From Balanoglossus misakiensis (Eukaryota > Animalia > Hemichordata): a stretch of DNA of 64,000 bases. The notes below the pieces were generated by a model. It did no database searches. It was not told where the DNA came from and saw nothing but the letters and a program-made list of their open reading frames with translations. Both the position numbers and the translations under genes were made by a program. The stretch spans positions 18,512,303 through 18,576,302 of the forward strand of contig CM082577.2 of NCBI GenBank assembly GCA_040954595.2, in the 5' to 3' direction. Positions 25,748-38,055 of this stretch are shown here, in pieces. Within the stretch, counting starts at the first letter, position 1; every line of letters starts with the position of its first letter.

Positions 25748-27243
25748 TAAGGCTTTGAGATGGTAATGAACCACTAAACAATATGCCTGCTGACAACAAC
25801 AGATTGCCAACAGGCATTTGCCCAATGTAAGGCTGATTTGTCCATTCCCTCTTAAAGGAACAGACCCCACACAGTTGTTCAACATGAACTGCTGTGCCTG
25901 AGATATTGGTGATGACTCCTTCAGTATTTCCAGAACATATAGGGCAATTTCTAAACAACTCAAGCAGCTGGGTCTCAAATACTATAAACTTTCTCTCTTC
26001 TTCTGGTGCCTGAGGTATCTTTGATTTGGGCCTATGGAGAAACACAATATACATATAGTCAAGCTAGATTGCCTGAAAGAAAACATACTGCCAATGACAG
26101 CATGTATGCTTCCATTTATCGAAATACAATGTTGCAAAGACTGACAGAGGCTACGCTTTCTTAAATCTTTTTTACAGATCAATCATTACATCATAAGCAG
26201 TAACCTTCTTCCATATCATGCATCAGTGCATTCTATATTCAAATCTTTTGGAGAACATCTTTGGAAACGTCACTGAAATTTCATAACCATCATACATACA
26301 TGCACACACACACACATGCACACACACACACACACACATACATACATACATACATACATACATACATACATACATACATACATACATGCATGCATGCCAA
26401 TATTAAACATCATTGTCAAAATCAGTGCCAGGCACAACCATAACACACAGATGAGACAATGATACAAATATTTGTCAGAAATTCATAACTACATTAGGCA
26501 GTACTTACTGTGAAGGTGTTGTTTCGTTGTGTCCTGGTTCCTCAGTGTCTGGTGTGTAATCACTATCATTTCCTTCATATTCGCTGTACTCATCTGAGGA
26601 ATCATCATCACTTGGCAGAATATCGATTGCATCAACCCTTTTTGATCATCTCCTATCAATGTACACTGGACTCCTACTGATTTTGTAGATTTTGTCACCT
26701 GTGTTCCTAAAAAATTTCAGTCAATAAATAGACAATATATAACTATATTTGCACTATATACATTATATATATATATAAATATACATATTTTTGCATATAA
26801 TTTAAACAAATTTTATTGTTATTAATATTACTATTTATTTAATTACTTAATTACAAAAAATCACAAGAAATTGCTGTGAGCATGATATAGTACTAGTAGG
26901 GAATATTTCAACTCCCACATAGATCTGCTAATTATAATAATAGTAATAATAATAATAATAAGGGATCTGACAACAGTATTTATTTCTACCTTTACTTCTC
27001 CTATATGGTCTACTACTAATCTGAGTACCACGAGATACAGTACTAGTATTGTCTTGCTCAGACTCTGCTACAGTACTACCACTACTAGTGTTGTCTTGTC
27101 CTGGAGACACTGCTACAGACTTGCTCTGACTATGGAACTGCACTAGCTCACCAGAATCACACTGACTATCTGATACTACCGATGAATGTTTTGTTTTTGC
27201 CTGTCTTGGTTTATCCATGTCTTTCAGTGGATCATTCAAAAGC
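25748..27243 (-). pseudogene. Kolobok transposase exons 2-4 (~26990-27243, ~26506-26707, 25748-26031)
   Basis: KFIVFETQLLELFRNCPIC..GTAVHV..CGVC..WTNQP..GNLLLSAGILFSG, with GT-AG boundaries. Confidence 0.7.
26290..26395. repeat. (CA)n/(CATA)n microsatellite
   Basis: Seen directly. Confidence 0.9.
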
Positions 27244-28412
27244 TGAAATGAAGGAAAAATACCCTAAAATATAGCTTTACATTTATCAAGAGTTTTGTTT
27301 TTCCTTTCGTCTGGAATACCTGCACATTGGATGACAACATTGGTAGTGTTGAAACCAATGATTAAAATCAAAGTTGTGTTCAACTCAAGAATTAAAGCAA
27401 GAGCGCATTTCTACCCTATCGGATTTGGGCCAAAAGATAACAGGTCACTTCGACCCCAAACCATTTCAAGTTATTTACACCTCTCGGTCGTCACTTCTAC
27501 TGGGGCCAGGTCACTTCGACCCGTATGGAATATTTAGAGTCGAATCACAGCATGACCTCCCATGAAGAAAAAAGCTTAGAGTCCAAATTACTCTAAACCG
27601 CAAAACCGCAACTACAATGATTAACAAAGACTGCGTACGTAGTATGTAAAAAAAAATACTGATGGATGGACATAATTTTATTGGTTGTCGATGTTGATAC
27701 CTGTCACTGTAACGTCAACCACGCGACCAAGAAAGGCTAAAATGTTGCGTGCTGACTATCTGAGTGTGGCTCACGGGCTGCGCGGCGCCCGACTTGCCTG
27801 ATTCGTTCCCGTTGTTACTCGCTTCATAGAATTAGAAGCCCTGGAAAACTCGGCACAGCTTGCATATGAGATACCTTTGGAGTCAGCTAATTTGCGAGTT
27901 GCAGCTTTGTGATTTTTTTTGTCCAGAGCTATCTCTCAAACAGTAATTTTAACTAATTTCATTCACTCTGCACTTCAAGTATAGCACGATGCGATGAAAT
28001 AAACATCTGCACTACTGGCAAGTTTAGAAACATTTTAAGCACCATGCAGCCATTGTAGACCTGCCTGGAATGATCCATTTCACCATGATGTCCTTCATCA
28101 TGCAGTGTTCCCTACGTCATATCGACAATGTCTTACCTTTAATTTACTTATAGGTTTGGGACAATACAATGACAGACAGCTGGCAGACGGACATTTGCTT
28201 GATCATGAGAATTAGCTCTACTGAAGTAAAACTGAGGTGGTACGTTATACACATAATTTAATCAGTCGTCCTTTCAGCACATATGCAGATATAGGTAGGT
28301 GCATAGGCAGCCACCATTGTGAATTTGTTCCCCAATGTTCCCTAGCTACCCTTGAAATCAATCGAGAGTGGAGACCATGAATCTCTTTCTAGCAGGCTGA
28401 AAAGTTGCATGA

Positions 28413-28646
<234 letters not shown>

Positions 28647-28820
28647 TAAAAATCCACAGAAAAGTGCTTGCAGCAATGTATGTTTGGAACATTGCCAGCA
28701 ATAGCAACCAATGTATGTACATACATTGTGTCCCCCTTCAGTGCTGCCAAAATATAGTCGTCTGAAAAAATGGAAAAAGGGCAGCGAGAGAGAGAATTTG
28801 TCCCTTTAATGACTTTTTTT

Positions 28821-31800
28821 CTAGGCAATGTCCATTATCCATACTCCACTGTCGAGGACGGAGTTAAACTCCGCACGAAACTCTGGATAATTGTTATAAC
28901 TTGTTGGGAGCTCAAGGACATTGTCACAAGTGTGAGCAACTGGCCTTCTTGCCAAACCATCCCGTTTAACCATATTGATTGTGATTTGGCCATCTGGCAT
29001 GATATCAGACCCCGTGCAAAATCTCAGAAATTTCTTTAACTGTTTGGAATCCATGCTCATTACAAACTTCTTTATAAATTTGGCTGTTTCACCTTCTTCA
29101 GCAGTCATGTTATCTGGCATTTTGAGCTGTTTTTGTACTTTCAGAACTGTTGGATTCATCTTTTTGTATAAATCCATAAGAGTCTCTCTGTTCAAATGCT
29201 TGGCCAGAGTTGGAATTAAAATTGGCCTCCAGCATTCTGCAATAAATGCTGGCTTTTGTATGAGTTCTTTGTGTGCAATTTCTTCAAGGATTTCAGGGAG
29301 GTTATTGCAAGTGGGCACAGTTTTACACTCGTACTCACCCAATACATCCAATAAGTCATCATCATCAACAGAGGTAAAATCTACCAATGCCTGACTGACT
29401 AGGGATCTTTCTGTTTCAGAAATATACAGCAGAACTGCCTGACTGACTAGGGATCTTTCTGTTTCAGAAATATACAGCAGAAATGCCTGAGCTAAGCTTG
29501 GTAGTTCTGACCCAAACAGTACTTCTTCCATAAAGGCAGGGGCAATAAATATTGGAAAGTATCTGACATCAGTCCATCCTTTGACTATGATTCCAGCAAC
29601 TGATTCCCATTTAAATTTATTATAATCATGTCTTACATATGGAACTTTGTACTCTGCTCCAACTGTGCAGCGTTCTGCAAATTCACCCCAAAACTCTGTC
29701 AAAACATCCTTCAATACACCACTACCTGCACCCTTTTCAGAAGTACCATTAGGTAACACTCTCTCAATCATTATTTCACTGTTTAAAATTTGTGGATCAG
29801 AAAACTTCTCCAACATGTCTTCTACAGTATTTCCTCTCCGGATACGTAGAGTAACCATGAGGGGAACTACAGGCACTTCTTCAAGAGAATCTGTATCATC
29901 TGCAATGTCAACTACTGATGGGTTTAATGTTACCTCATATGGTAAGGTGTCATCCAAGGGAGCAGATAATGGCGCGCCGGGGACACTTATCATTGGTCCA
30001 AAACTGATATCAGCATCATACACATGCAGCTCAGTATCAACATACACCCCAGATTCCTCTTTTGATGCACCTGGTTCTGCACTTTGGTTCACTGATGTTT
30101 CTATAGGGTTCTCACCCACTTGTTGGCTTGACTGCAGGACATCAGGAAGTGTATCACTTTCATCTGACAAATCAGAAGATAAATTATCCGTTTCATTTGG
30201 GGTGGGTTTCATCTTTGTAGAAATATAAAATTTCAGTATCTGCAATTTGGTATTGTCATACAGCTGACCTACTGTACAAGTTTCATCCAAAGTTTTCAGC
30301 TGAAAATCTTTCACATCTAGGTTGAAATTGTCAATATTTCCAACAGGTGAAATACCATTGGGGAAAAAAAGAGAAGACGCAGCAGATAAAATATCTTCCT
30401 TTTTTGCAGTCCGACTAAGTGATACTCTCCGGGTGCCCCCACCATTTTTTGTACGAACTTGCTTGAAATCATGCACAATAAAGTCGTAATTCAGCCACGC
30501 AAGCTCTACAATTCTAGTACTCTTTTTTCCCTCTTTTCTACTGTATCGCGAAGGAGGAAGACTTGACTGACATGATGACCCTCCTCTTTCCTCACTCTCA
30601 GAGTCAGTCTGATGAGAACTTGTCGCACTGTTTTTTAGCATTAATTTATTTCTCAGCCTGTTCAGTAATTGTCTTTTCCTGCCTGTTTTACCTTCTTTAA
30701 TTCCTTTTGTTTCGGTCAGTCTTCGACAGAAGCTTAAAGTTGCCAAGCGGTCTCCATAAGAAGGAAAGTTCTTTGTCAATTCTCGATCGTCCATCAGCAG
30801 TATTACATGCCGGTCAATCTAAAAAGAGAGAGAAAATGAGTTAAGTTGACTATTTTCAAGAAATTAATTGTCCTGACCTGATTTTTGTGTATGCTAGTCA
30901 AAGGTCACTTTCTGTAAATGTGTAGCCCGAATTCTTGATGGACAGTTGCCAAACAAGGACCAAATCACAAGCAAAAAATTCTATCTCTTTCCTTGGCATC
31001 GGCCTGAGGTTCAGCTAGCTGCTGACACAGACTCAGTGCTCACACAGACAGACAGCACAGGTGCTCGATTCAACTGACTTTTTCCAACTGACTTTAGCCT
31101 CAGGCTAAAGTCAGTTGGAAAAAGAATCGAGCACCTGTGACATACAGGGGTCGGAAACAGACACTCGACACAAAGTATTCATCAACAAAATATCTAACTT
31201 GAATGTTCAACAACAAACTACTTCTAACTCTGTCGACATAACTCTCTCTCTCTGGTGGGTTACCGAACACGAAAACTCAAGTACGTTCAATAATCGGCGA
31301 TTCCCTCAGAAAGGCACCAGGCCGTCGTACACGCGCAGGTACTGTACGAACAATCTGATATACGATGCTGACAACACATCGGTAACTCGACGGGAAAACT
31401 ACTCAAAAACTGTTCTATTCTTCTGAAACTACTGGAACACGACAAGCAATATGATCTGTATACTACTACTGTAATTCACCTGCTATCGACGACGGACATC
31501 ACATCAATCATCAGCAATGCTGCATTCAAATCGTACTCAAACGTGGGGACAAGGAGGCAGCCATATTCGTGTTAAGTCCGAACGATTTCCGAGTAATTTT
31601 CGGGCGAATTCGGAATGCACGTAGTCACCGAAAGCAAATGAAAGTTCTCGATACATGCGATATGTACAGCTAAAGTACGTAAAAATCAAAAATTACCTCA
31701 AAACTCATCTCGCTCAAAACATCTCACATCGACGCTCTGTCCGTCTGTTTTAGGAACATTAATTAAGGCCCCAGCACAGAAATTCTGGCTAAAATCTTCA

Positions 31801-32020
31801 CCTGCTCCAGCAGAGCCTGTGAATCACTGAATGGGCCAGATTACCCCCCCCCCCCCGGCGATGTCCCAGAGCTCAATCTCCTTTCCCAAACCATATTTAA
31901 ACTAACCTTATTATTTTCGAACTGAATCAGCCTTTCTTCAGTAAACCCTCGGCCAGCTAAAAATTCCAGCAACTCTTCGTCAATGGGACTGTCATCGTTC
32001 CCTCTGCTGCTGGACGCCAT
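28821..32020 (-). CDS. Two-exon HECT E3 ubiquitin ligase (G2E3-like HECT) with SAM-like N-terminus, 703 aa predicted
   Basis: Exon 1 at 32020-31907 (38 codons, AAG|gttagt) splices in phase 0 to exon 2 at 30818-28821 (tttttag|ATT). HECT motifs: EKGAGSGVLKD, FLRFCTGS, RRPVAHTC (catalytic Cys), LELPTSY. Confidence 0.85.
31056..31139. repeat. Short palindromic insertion in the HECT gene intron
   Basis: cacaggtgctcgattc...ttttccaactgactttagcct/aggctaaagtcagttggaaaaa-gaatcgagcacctgtg. Confidence 0.8.
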
Positions 32021-32579
32021 GTTGTAAGTGTAAAACAATGCTCAGCTGTTGATCGCGGAGGCCTTCTCAATCACCACAAATACAAATTACTGTCCTGACA
32101 CTTCGTAGCAAGTGGTGAATTATCTGGTTCGTCTGTACCAGTATTTTCTACTGAATTCTTGCTGTTGATATAAAAGGTTGACGCGAAACTTCGCCTGAAA
32201 CAAAGTCTCCCAAGCACAGACACACACACACTCACCCAGATCAGGATCAGCTGAGGCATGAGGTGAACTTATAGGTTCAAAGGTCACGAAAGTAAAAAAA
32301 AAAATTACAGGCATGAAACACATCACAGCATCAGATCATGCCTGTATTTTTTTTTTTAGTTTCATGACCTTTGAACTTACAACTTACGATCGCATGTAGA
32401 GTGACTGGCTCAGCTTACTCTGTGTCGCTGGAACCTGCTCAAGTTATGACACCTCTGTTTGTATTTTCTACTCTCTTCCTGAATGTTGATATCAAAGGTT
32501 TATGCTTAACTTTGACCGCAATATCACACTTGAACTCAGCTGAGCTGAGCAGATCTTGTAGGTTCAAAGGTCACGAAAG

Positions 32580-33595
32580 TAAAAAAAAAAAATTACAGGC
32601 ATGAAATTTTTATTACAGGCATGAAAAAAAAATTACAGGCATGAAAAAAAAATTACAGGCATGAAATTTTTATTACAAGCACGAAATTTTTATTACAGGC
32701 ATGAAATTTTTATTACAGGCATGAAAAAAAATTACAGGCATGAAAAAAAAATTACAGGCACGAAATTTTTATTACAGGCATGAAATTTTTATTACAGGCA
32801 TGAAAAAAAAATTACAGGCATGAAATTTTTATTACAAGCACGAAATTTTTATTACAGGCATGAAATTTTTATTACAGGCATGAAAAAAAAATTACAGGCA
32901 TGAAAAAAAAATTATATTATATCATGCTACCGCCCGCGATTCTGATTGGACGAGAGCTATGGTAAAATACTGTTTTACCACTGCTGGCAGTGGTAAAACG
33001 GGCCCCTGAACTAGCATGCAGCAGGGAAAGTGTGCAGTTATACCACAGTCGCGCGGGATTAAACCAAATGAATAACATAAAAACACTTGAATTTACGGAT
33101 GTTTTATTTTGGAACTGCTCTGCTCTGAATATTTTGCACTTTTGTCACTTTTTGGCGTCTGCTTTATGTTTAATGCTCGATCCCGGGCCGCACGTGTTTA
33201 CATTCACCGTCGCCATGTTGGTTCACGATCGTAATTTCTCTTTCTGACGCCGTTTCGGTAAGAAAATGACACTGATTTGCCACAAAAACAACTGTTGATA
33301 TAATATAATAGCAATAACCCCCGCCTCAGTCGGGTATACACTCGATTTTGGTACAATTCGCTCCATATAGCACTCGCCTAACGGCTCGTGCTATATGTCT
33401 CGAATTGTACCAAAATCTCGTGTATACCCGCCTGCGGCGGGGGTTATTGCTTAATTATGCATGAAAAAAAAATTACAGGCATGAAAAAAAAATTACAGGC
33501 ACGAAATTTTTATTACAGGCATGAAAAAAAAATTACAGGCATGAAATTTTTATTACAGGCATGAAAAAAAAATTACAGGTATGAAATAAAAAAAA
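32580..33595 (+). repeat. 20-bp tandem array ATTACAGGCATGAAA(A5/T5)
   Basis: Roughly two dozen units, interrupted at 32915-33455. Confidence 0.92.
32915..33455 (+). mobile_element. Second family of hairpin-ended non-autonomous element (Crypton-V-like)
   Basis: Starts tatattatatcatgc..gattctgattgg and ends in the long hairpin agcaataacccc...ggggttattgct (33311-33451). Confidence 0.75.
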
Positions 33596-34134
33596 TACTC
33601 CTGTGGCCTCATTAAGCCTCCGTATACTTGCAGCCCGGAGTGCCAGGACATTTTGAGCGAGGCCGCCGCCGCGCCAGGCCCGGGCCGCCGAATGCAGAGT
33701 GCAATCTAGATGCCGGGCAGTGCAGTGTCACTTGTTTAGCGTAGTAGAGGGTTGCAGACTGACAAAGTTACAGCTGTGCGTTTTTTTGTTGTTTTTTTTG
33801 TCATCAAGCTCGTGCTGTGATTCATAAGAAATGTTGAGACTGGTCATACTCAGAACAAGCGTTAATCACGTTTCAACTACATGTTTATTCCGAGTGATCG
33901 GATCGGTCACACGCCTATACGTGCCAAAACATACTGTCTCTGTGTGATCAAGGTAGCTCTGGACTTATGCGCGTATAAGTCCAGAGCTATGATCAAGGTA
34001 ACTACGTACATTGTCGCCCGTGTGCCATTCCAGCGATTCCGGCCAATGACATACTCAAGTATATATACATACACTATAGAGATAATAGTTTAAAAGAAAA
34101 AGTACCAATGAAGTCTATAAATGTATCCACTTAC

Positions 34135-34601
34135 CCTAAATAGCGTCAATTTTCTGGCAGCTGTCCGGGGCCTTTTTGATGATTGCAGACCAGTACCGGT
34201 GCCGTCTTCACTTGCTTCACAGCCACCACGTCCGCGCGGCCGGCGTTGACTTCCCGTGAAAGGAGTTACGTTTCGCGATGACCCTCCCGAGAAATCGCCT
34301 TCAGTCACCTCATGTGAGCTGACTTGAGCAGACTTCACGGAAGGTATCGCCCCTGTCTTCAAGTCCAGATGACTCTTGAAGCCCATTTTCCATTGTCGGT
34401 ATCCTTCGAAGTCATCCGGTGTGAGAAAATGGACTCCGCAGATAGCACTATGTTCCGTGGCATGCAGCCAATCTTTTCGCGTAAGGCGCACAAAGCGCTC
34501 CCATTTCTCGCATATATTCCTTTGTTTTTGGTAAATCTATGCACACTAAACCCACTACGGATAGTGTTTTTGCATCCCCCGACGACGCATCGTTTGACCA
34601 T
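34135..34601 (-). pseudogene. THAP zinc-finger exon 1 of the Kolobok transposase (frameshifted)
   Basis: MVKRCVVGGCKN..SVHRF / RKDW..SAICGVHF..DDF..LKTGAIPSV; donor AGG|gtaagt at 34135. Confidence 0.85.
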
Positions 34602-34892
34602 GGTGGAAACCCGGGACTCTCACTTTGCTACGATATCACTGTTTACATACTGTTTACATACTGGCCATGGCAACGACTTCCCCCAATGACGTCATGTCAC
34701 GTGGTCTATACGCGGCAAATACGAATTGAGATTTTTTCTGAGGGACATGAATTTCGACGATTTTATAATGAATCATTAATTATAGAAAACCACAGCCAAA
34801 ATATAATGTCTTGATTTGGATATAATGGTTATTTTACTAAATGAATCTTTAACACTCAAATGAAATAAAAATAGGTGTAATAATTCCTTTAA

Positions 34893-35460
34893 CCAGGAGT
34901 GTGATTGGATTGAATTCAAATTTAATGTACCCAGCTCCAGTCACATGGGAGGAATCTGGGAGCGACAGATACGGACAGTGCGAAATGTGTTGGAGCCACT
35001 CATTCATCAGGCTGGCCCTCAACTAGATGACGAGTCCCTACGTACGTTCATGGCTGAAGTTCAGAACATCGTCAACTCCAGACCAATCACCATTGATCAC
35101 CTGTCCCAGTCAGATTCGCCAGAACACCTCACACCAAACCACCTGTTAACAATGAAGACGAAGGTACTTCTCCCCCCACCAGGAAACTTCCAGAAGGCAG
35201 ACATGTATGCCAGACATCGTTGGAGAAGAGTCCAGCACCTGACCAATGAGTTTTGGAGCCGATGGAAGAAAGAATATCTCCACACCCTACAACCAAGGCC
35301 TAAGTGGACAGTTCCGAGACGTAATCTGAAGGTGGATGATATAGTGATCAGCAGGCAAGATAATGTTCCTCGTAATTGCTGGCGCCTTGGTAGGGTGTCA
35401 AAGGTTTACCCAGGAGAAGACGGCTACGTACGCAAAGTGCAACTTGCCACCGCTACTTCT
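34893..35460 (+). pseudogene. BEL integrase C-terminal part
   Basis: SHMGGIWERQIRTVR, VNSRPI, LTPNHLL, FWSRWKKEYL. Confidence 0.9.
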
Positions 35461-35469
35461 GCATACATT

Positions 35470-36061
35470 GAATTGATTTATCTGAACCCCTCATTCCTCC
35501 AAGATAAATCTAACAATCTGCAGACCTCAATGACAGATTTCACAGACAAACTGACTATAGATATGTTTTTGTATTTTTTTTGTATTGTTCTTTTTAGGTA
35601 ACCTGGACTCAGAAAGTGATGCAAAAGACTACATTCTGAGTGAAGCCCGAAAGTTTGTGGACAAATATGTCACAACTAAGGTTCCAGAGTTGCCTGTAGT
35701 GACAAACCAATGGCGTTACTGTGCCGAAGAATTTCTGCAGCCTGCTGTCTTGAAGAGGCATGAGCAAAATCACCAGGAAAGTGGTGCAGATGCTATTAAC
35801 GCGCCAGTTATCTGTGACGCACAGGATCAGATTCTAAACTTCACTCACACTTCTCTGTTGTTATGTCTTCTTCACAAAAACCATGATGATGCTATTCATA
35901 TGGGAGATGGGGCCAGAGTGATCCGCCTGTATAAATATTTTAACCTGTTCTACAAGGTGTCTGGGTGTCCTAAATATGCATATGCAACTTTAGAACTACT
36001 TGCACAGACGATGTGCTTGCTAAGTCCGAGGAAAGCCTATCAATTAACTTGGAATCGATTT
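35470..36061 (+). pseudogene. Right-arm copy of the DUF6589-like exon
   Basis: Mirror of 3335-3910; ORF 35585-36157 is near-identical to 3162-3794. Confidence 0.85.
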
Positions 36062-38055
36062 TTATTTATTTATTTATTTATTACACAGATCAACGGGCAA
36101 ACCCACTTACAGATCTGGGAAACAATAAAAACAATTAAATCACAAAACAAAAACTAACTGATAAACAAGACACCAAAAAGTAACACATGTCACGTAAAAT
36201 ATAAATACAAATCAAGGAACAGTACCATTAAAATGACTGGATAAAATAGATTTAAAACTATGGAGCGTAGAAAAAATATCAATATTACATTTAGAAGAAA
36301 TCTCATTAAAAGCAGACATGCATCTGAGCATTGTCGAGAATTTTCTACAATTAACGGAGCACAAGTCGGGTTTAAAAAGGGGTTTCTTGCGTAAATTTCT
36401 ACTAGGGGCATAAAAACATATTTGATTTAAAATACCAGGTGAATCATACTGTGAGTGGATAATTTTGTATAAAAAACACATGTCAAGGGTGAATCTTCTG
36501 TTATATAACATTGGGATATTCAGTAATCTACAATAAATAGGGTAGCTGGACCTGCTGCAGTGAATATTGAGTTTGCAACAAATGTACTTCACAAACTTAA
36601 TTTGTACCCGCTCAATCTTGTCTGACAGGCCCTGTTGGTGGGGTGACCACACAACAGAGCATACTCTAGAATAGATCTTACATAAACAAAATATAGAGAA
36701 ATAATTGCGGATATGTCATTAAAAGGCTGGCAGAGGCGCTTAATAAAACCCAGAGATTTGAAGGCTCTGGATACTGTGTTATTTATGTGAAAAGAATAAT
36801 TGAGATTAGAAGTAAGGTATATGCCCAAGTCCTTGATTACAGAAACACGTTGAAGGGGAGTGCCATTGATAGAGTAGTCAGTAGATGAAATAACCCTTTT
36901 CTTTAGGGTGAAACTGATGAATTTGCATTTATTGATATTAGGTGACAACTTCCAGTTGTCACACCAGAGAGCAAATTTATCAAGGTCTTTCTGTAACAAG
37001 TCACAATCAGCGGAGGAGGTGATGGTACGGTAAATCTTAGCATCGTCGGCATACATGCTGAGCTTTGCAGAAATATCTAACAGTGATATATCATTTATAT
37101 ACATTACAAAAAGTAGTGGCCCCAAGAGTGAACCTTGTGGGACCCCCGATGTAGCAGTGAAGCTGTTTGACGAGTGACTGCCAAACACCACCCTCTGTTG
37201 TCTGAGATGGAGATACGACGCCAGCCAGCTGTGCAAATTGCCACATATACCAAATTTGGCGGCTTTGTACAGCAGTAGTGTGTGACAGACACTGTCAAAC
37301 GCCTTGCTAAAATCAGTGTAGATTGAGTCTACCTGTTCTTTGTTGTTCAATGAAGCTGAAATGAAATCAGTGTAAGCCACTAAGTTGGTTGTGGTAGATC
37401 TATTTTTAACAAATCCATGCTGATCAATGGATATATTTGGTTGAACATGCTGGTAGATATGAGGGACAATAACAGCTTCGAAAATCTTAGCAAAAAGAGG
37501 CAACAAGGAGATGGGGCGGTAATTCTCAACAAAGGATTGGCGACCAGATTTAAAAATGGGGACAACATTGGCCTGTTTGAACTTGGTAGGAAACTGTCCC
37601 AGATAAATTGATTTTTGGAATAAAATCTGGAGGGGGACAACAATAACATCTGAACAGTGTTTAATGACACGGGCGGATAAACCATCCGGGCACCTGGCTT
37701 TGTTCAAGTCAAGAGATGCGATGGCTTTCTCAATACTCTGGGGACTGATATTGACATGTGAGAGTTGCCCAAAGCAAGGATAATTAAGCTCAGGTAAATT
37801 AGGGTCATTGTTTTCAGTGAAAACAGAGGCAAAAAAATCGGCAAAAAGTTGAGCAGCTTCGGAGCCTGAGTTAGACTGCTTGCCGTTAAGTTCAAAGTTA
37901 AAAGAGTTCAGAGTCAATTTACGCTTGGATTTTGCATAACCCCAAAAACGTTTGCTGTTTTCGTGGATGGAGGCCTGGACATCTGAGAGATATTCCCGAT
38001 AACGTACGTCCTTGGCTAGGTTAAGTTGAGCACGCAGACGCGAGAAGACAGAGTA
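36062..38055 (-). mobile_element. 5'-truncated non-LTR retrotransposon (CR1/L2/Jockey-group RT)
   Basis: NYRPISLL, YTDFSKAFD, SGVPQGS, YADD and KDLG motifs; (TAAA)n 3' tail; 5-bp TSD GATTT. The empty site is visible in the left arm. Confidence 0.93.
36212..38055 (-). pseudogene. LINE ORF2 reverse transcriptase, frameshift near 36650
   Basis: ORFs 36589-37917 and 36212-36652. Confidence 0.9.

Larger units (their letters stand above)
28821..33624 (-). mobile_element. IS3EU-like DNA transposon end carrying the HECT gene (one terminus only)
   Basis: Terminus TACGGAGGCTTAATGAGGCCAC (reverse complement, ending at 33624) is followed by a long subterminal 20-bp array. The opposite end and a transposase were not found. 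Confidence 0.55.

Noticed and set aside
32580-33595. CRISPR-like array
   Set aside because: The units are contiguous with no unique spacers, there are no cas genes, and the context is eukaryotic.
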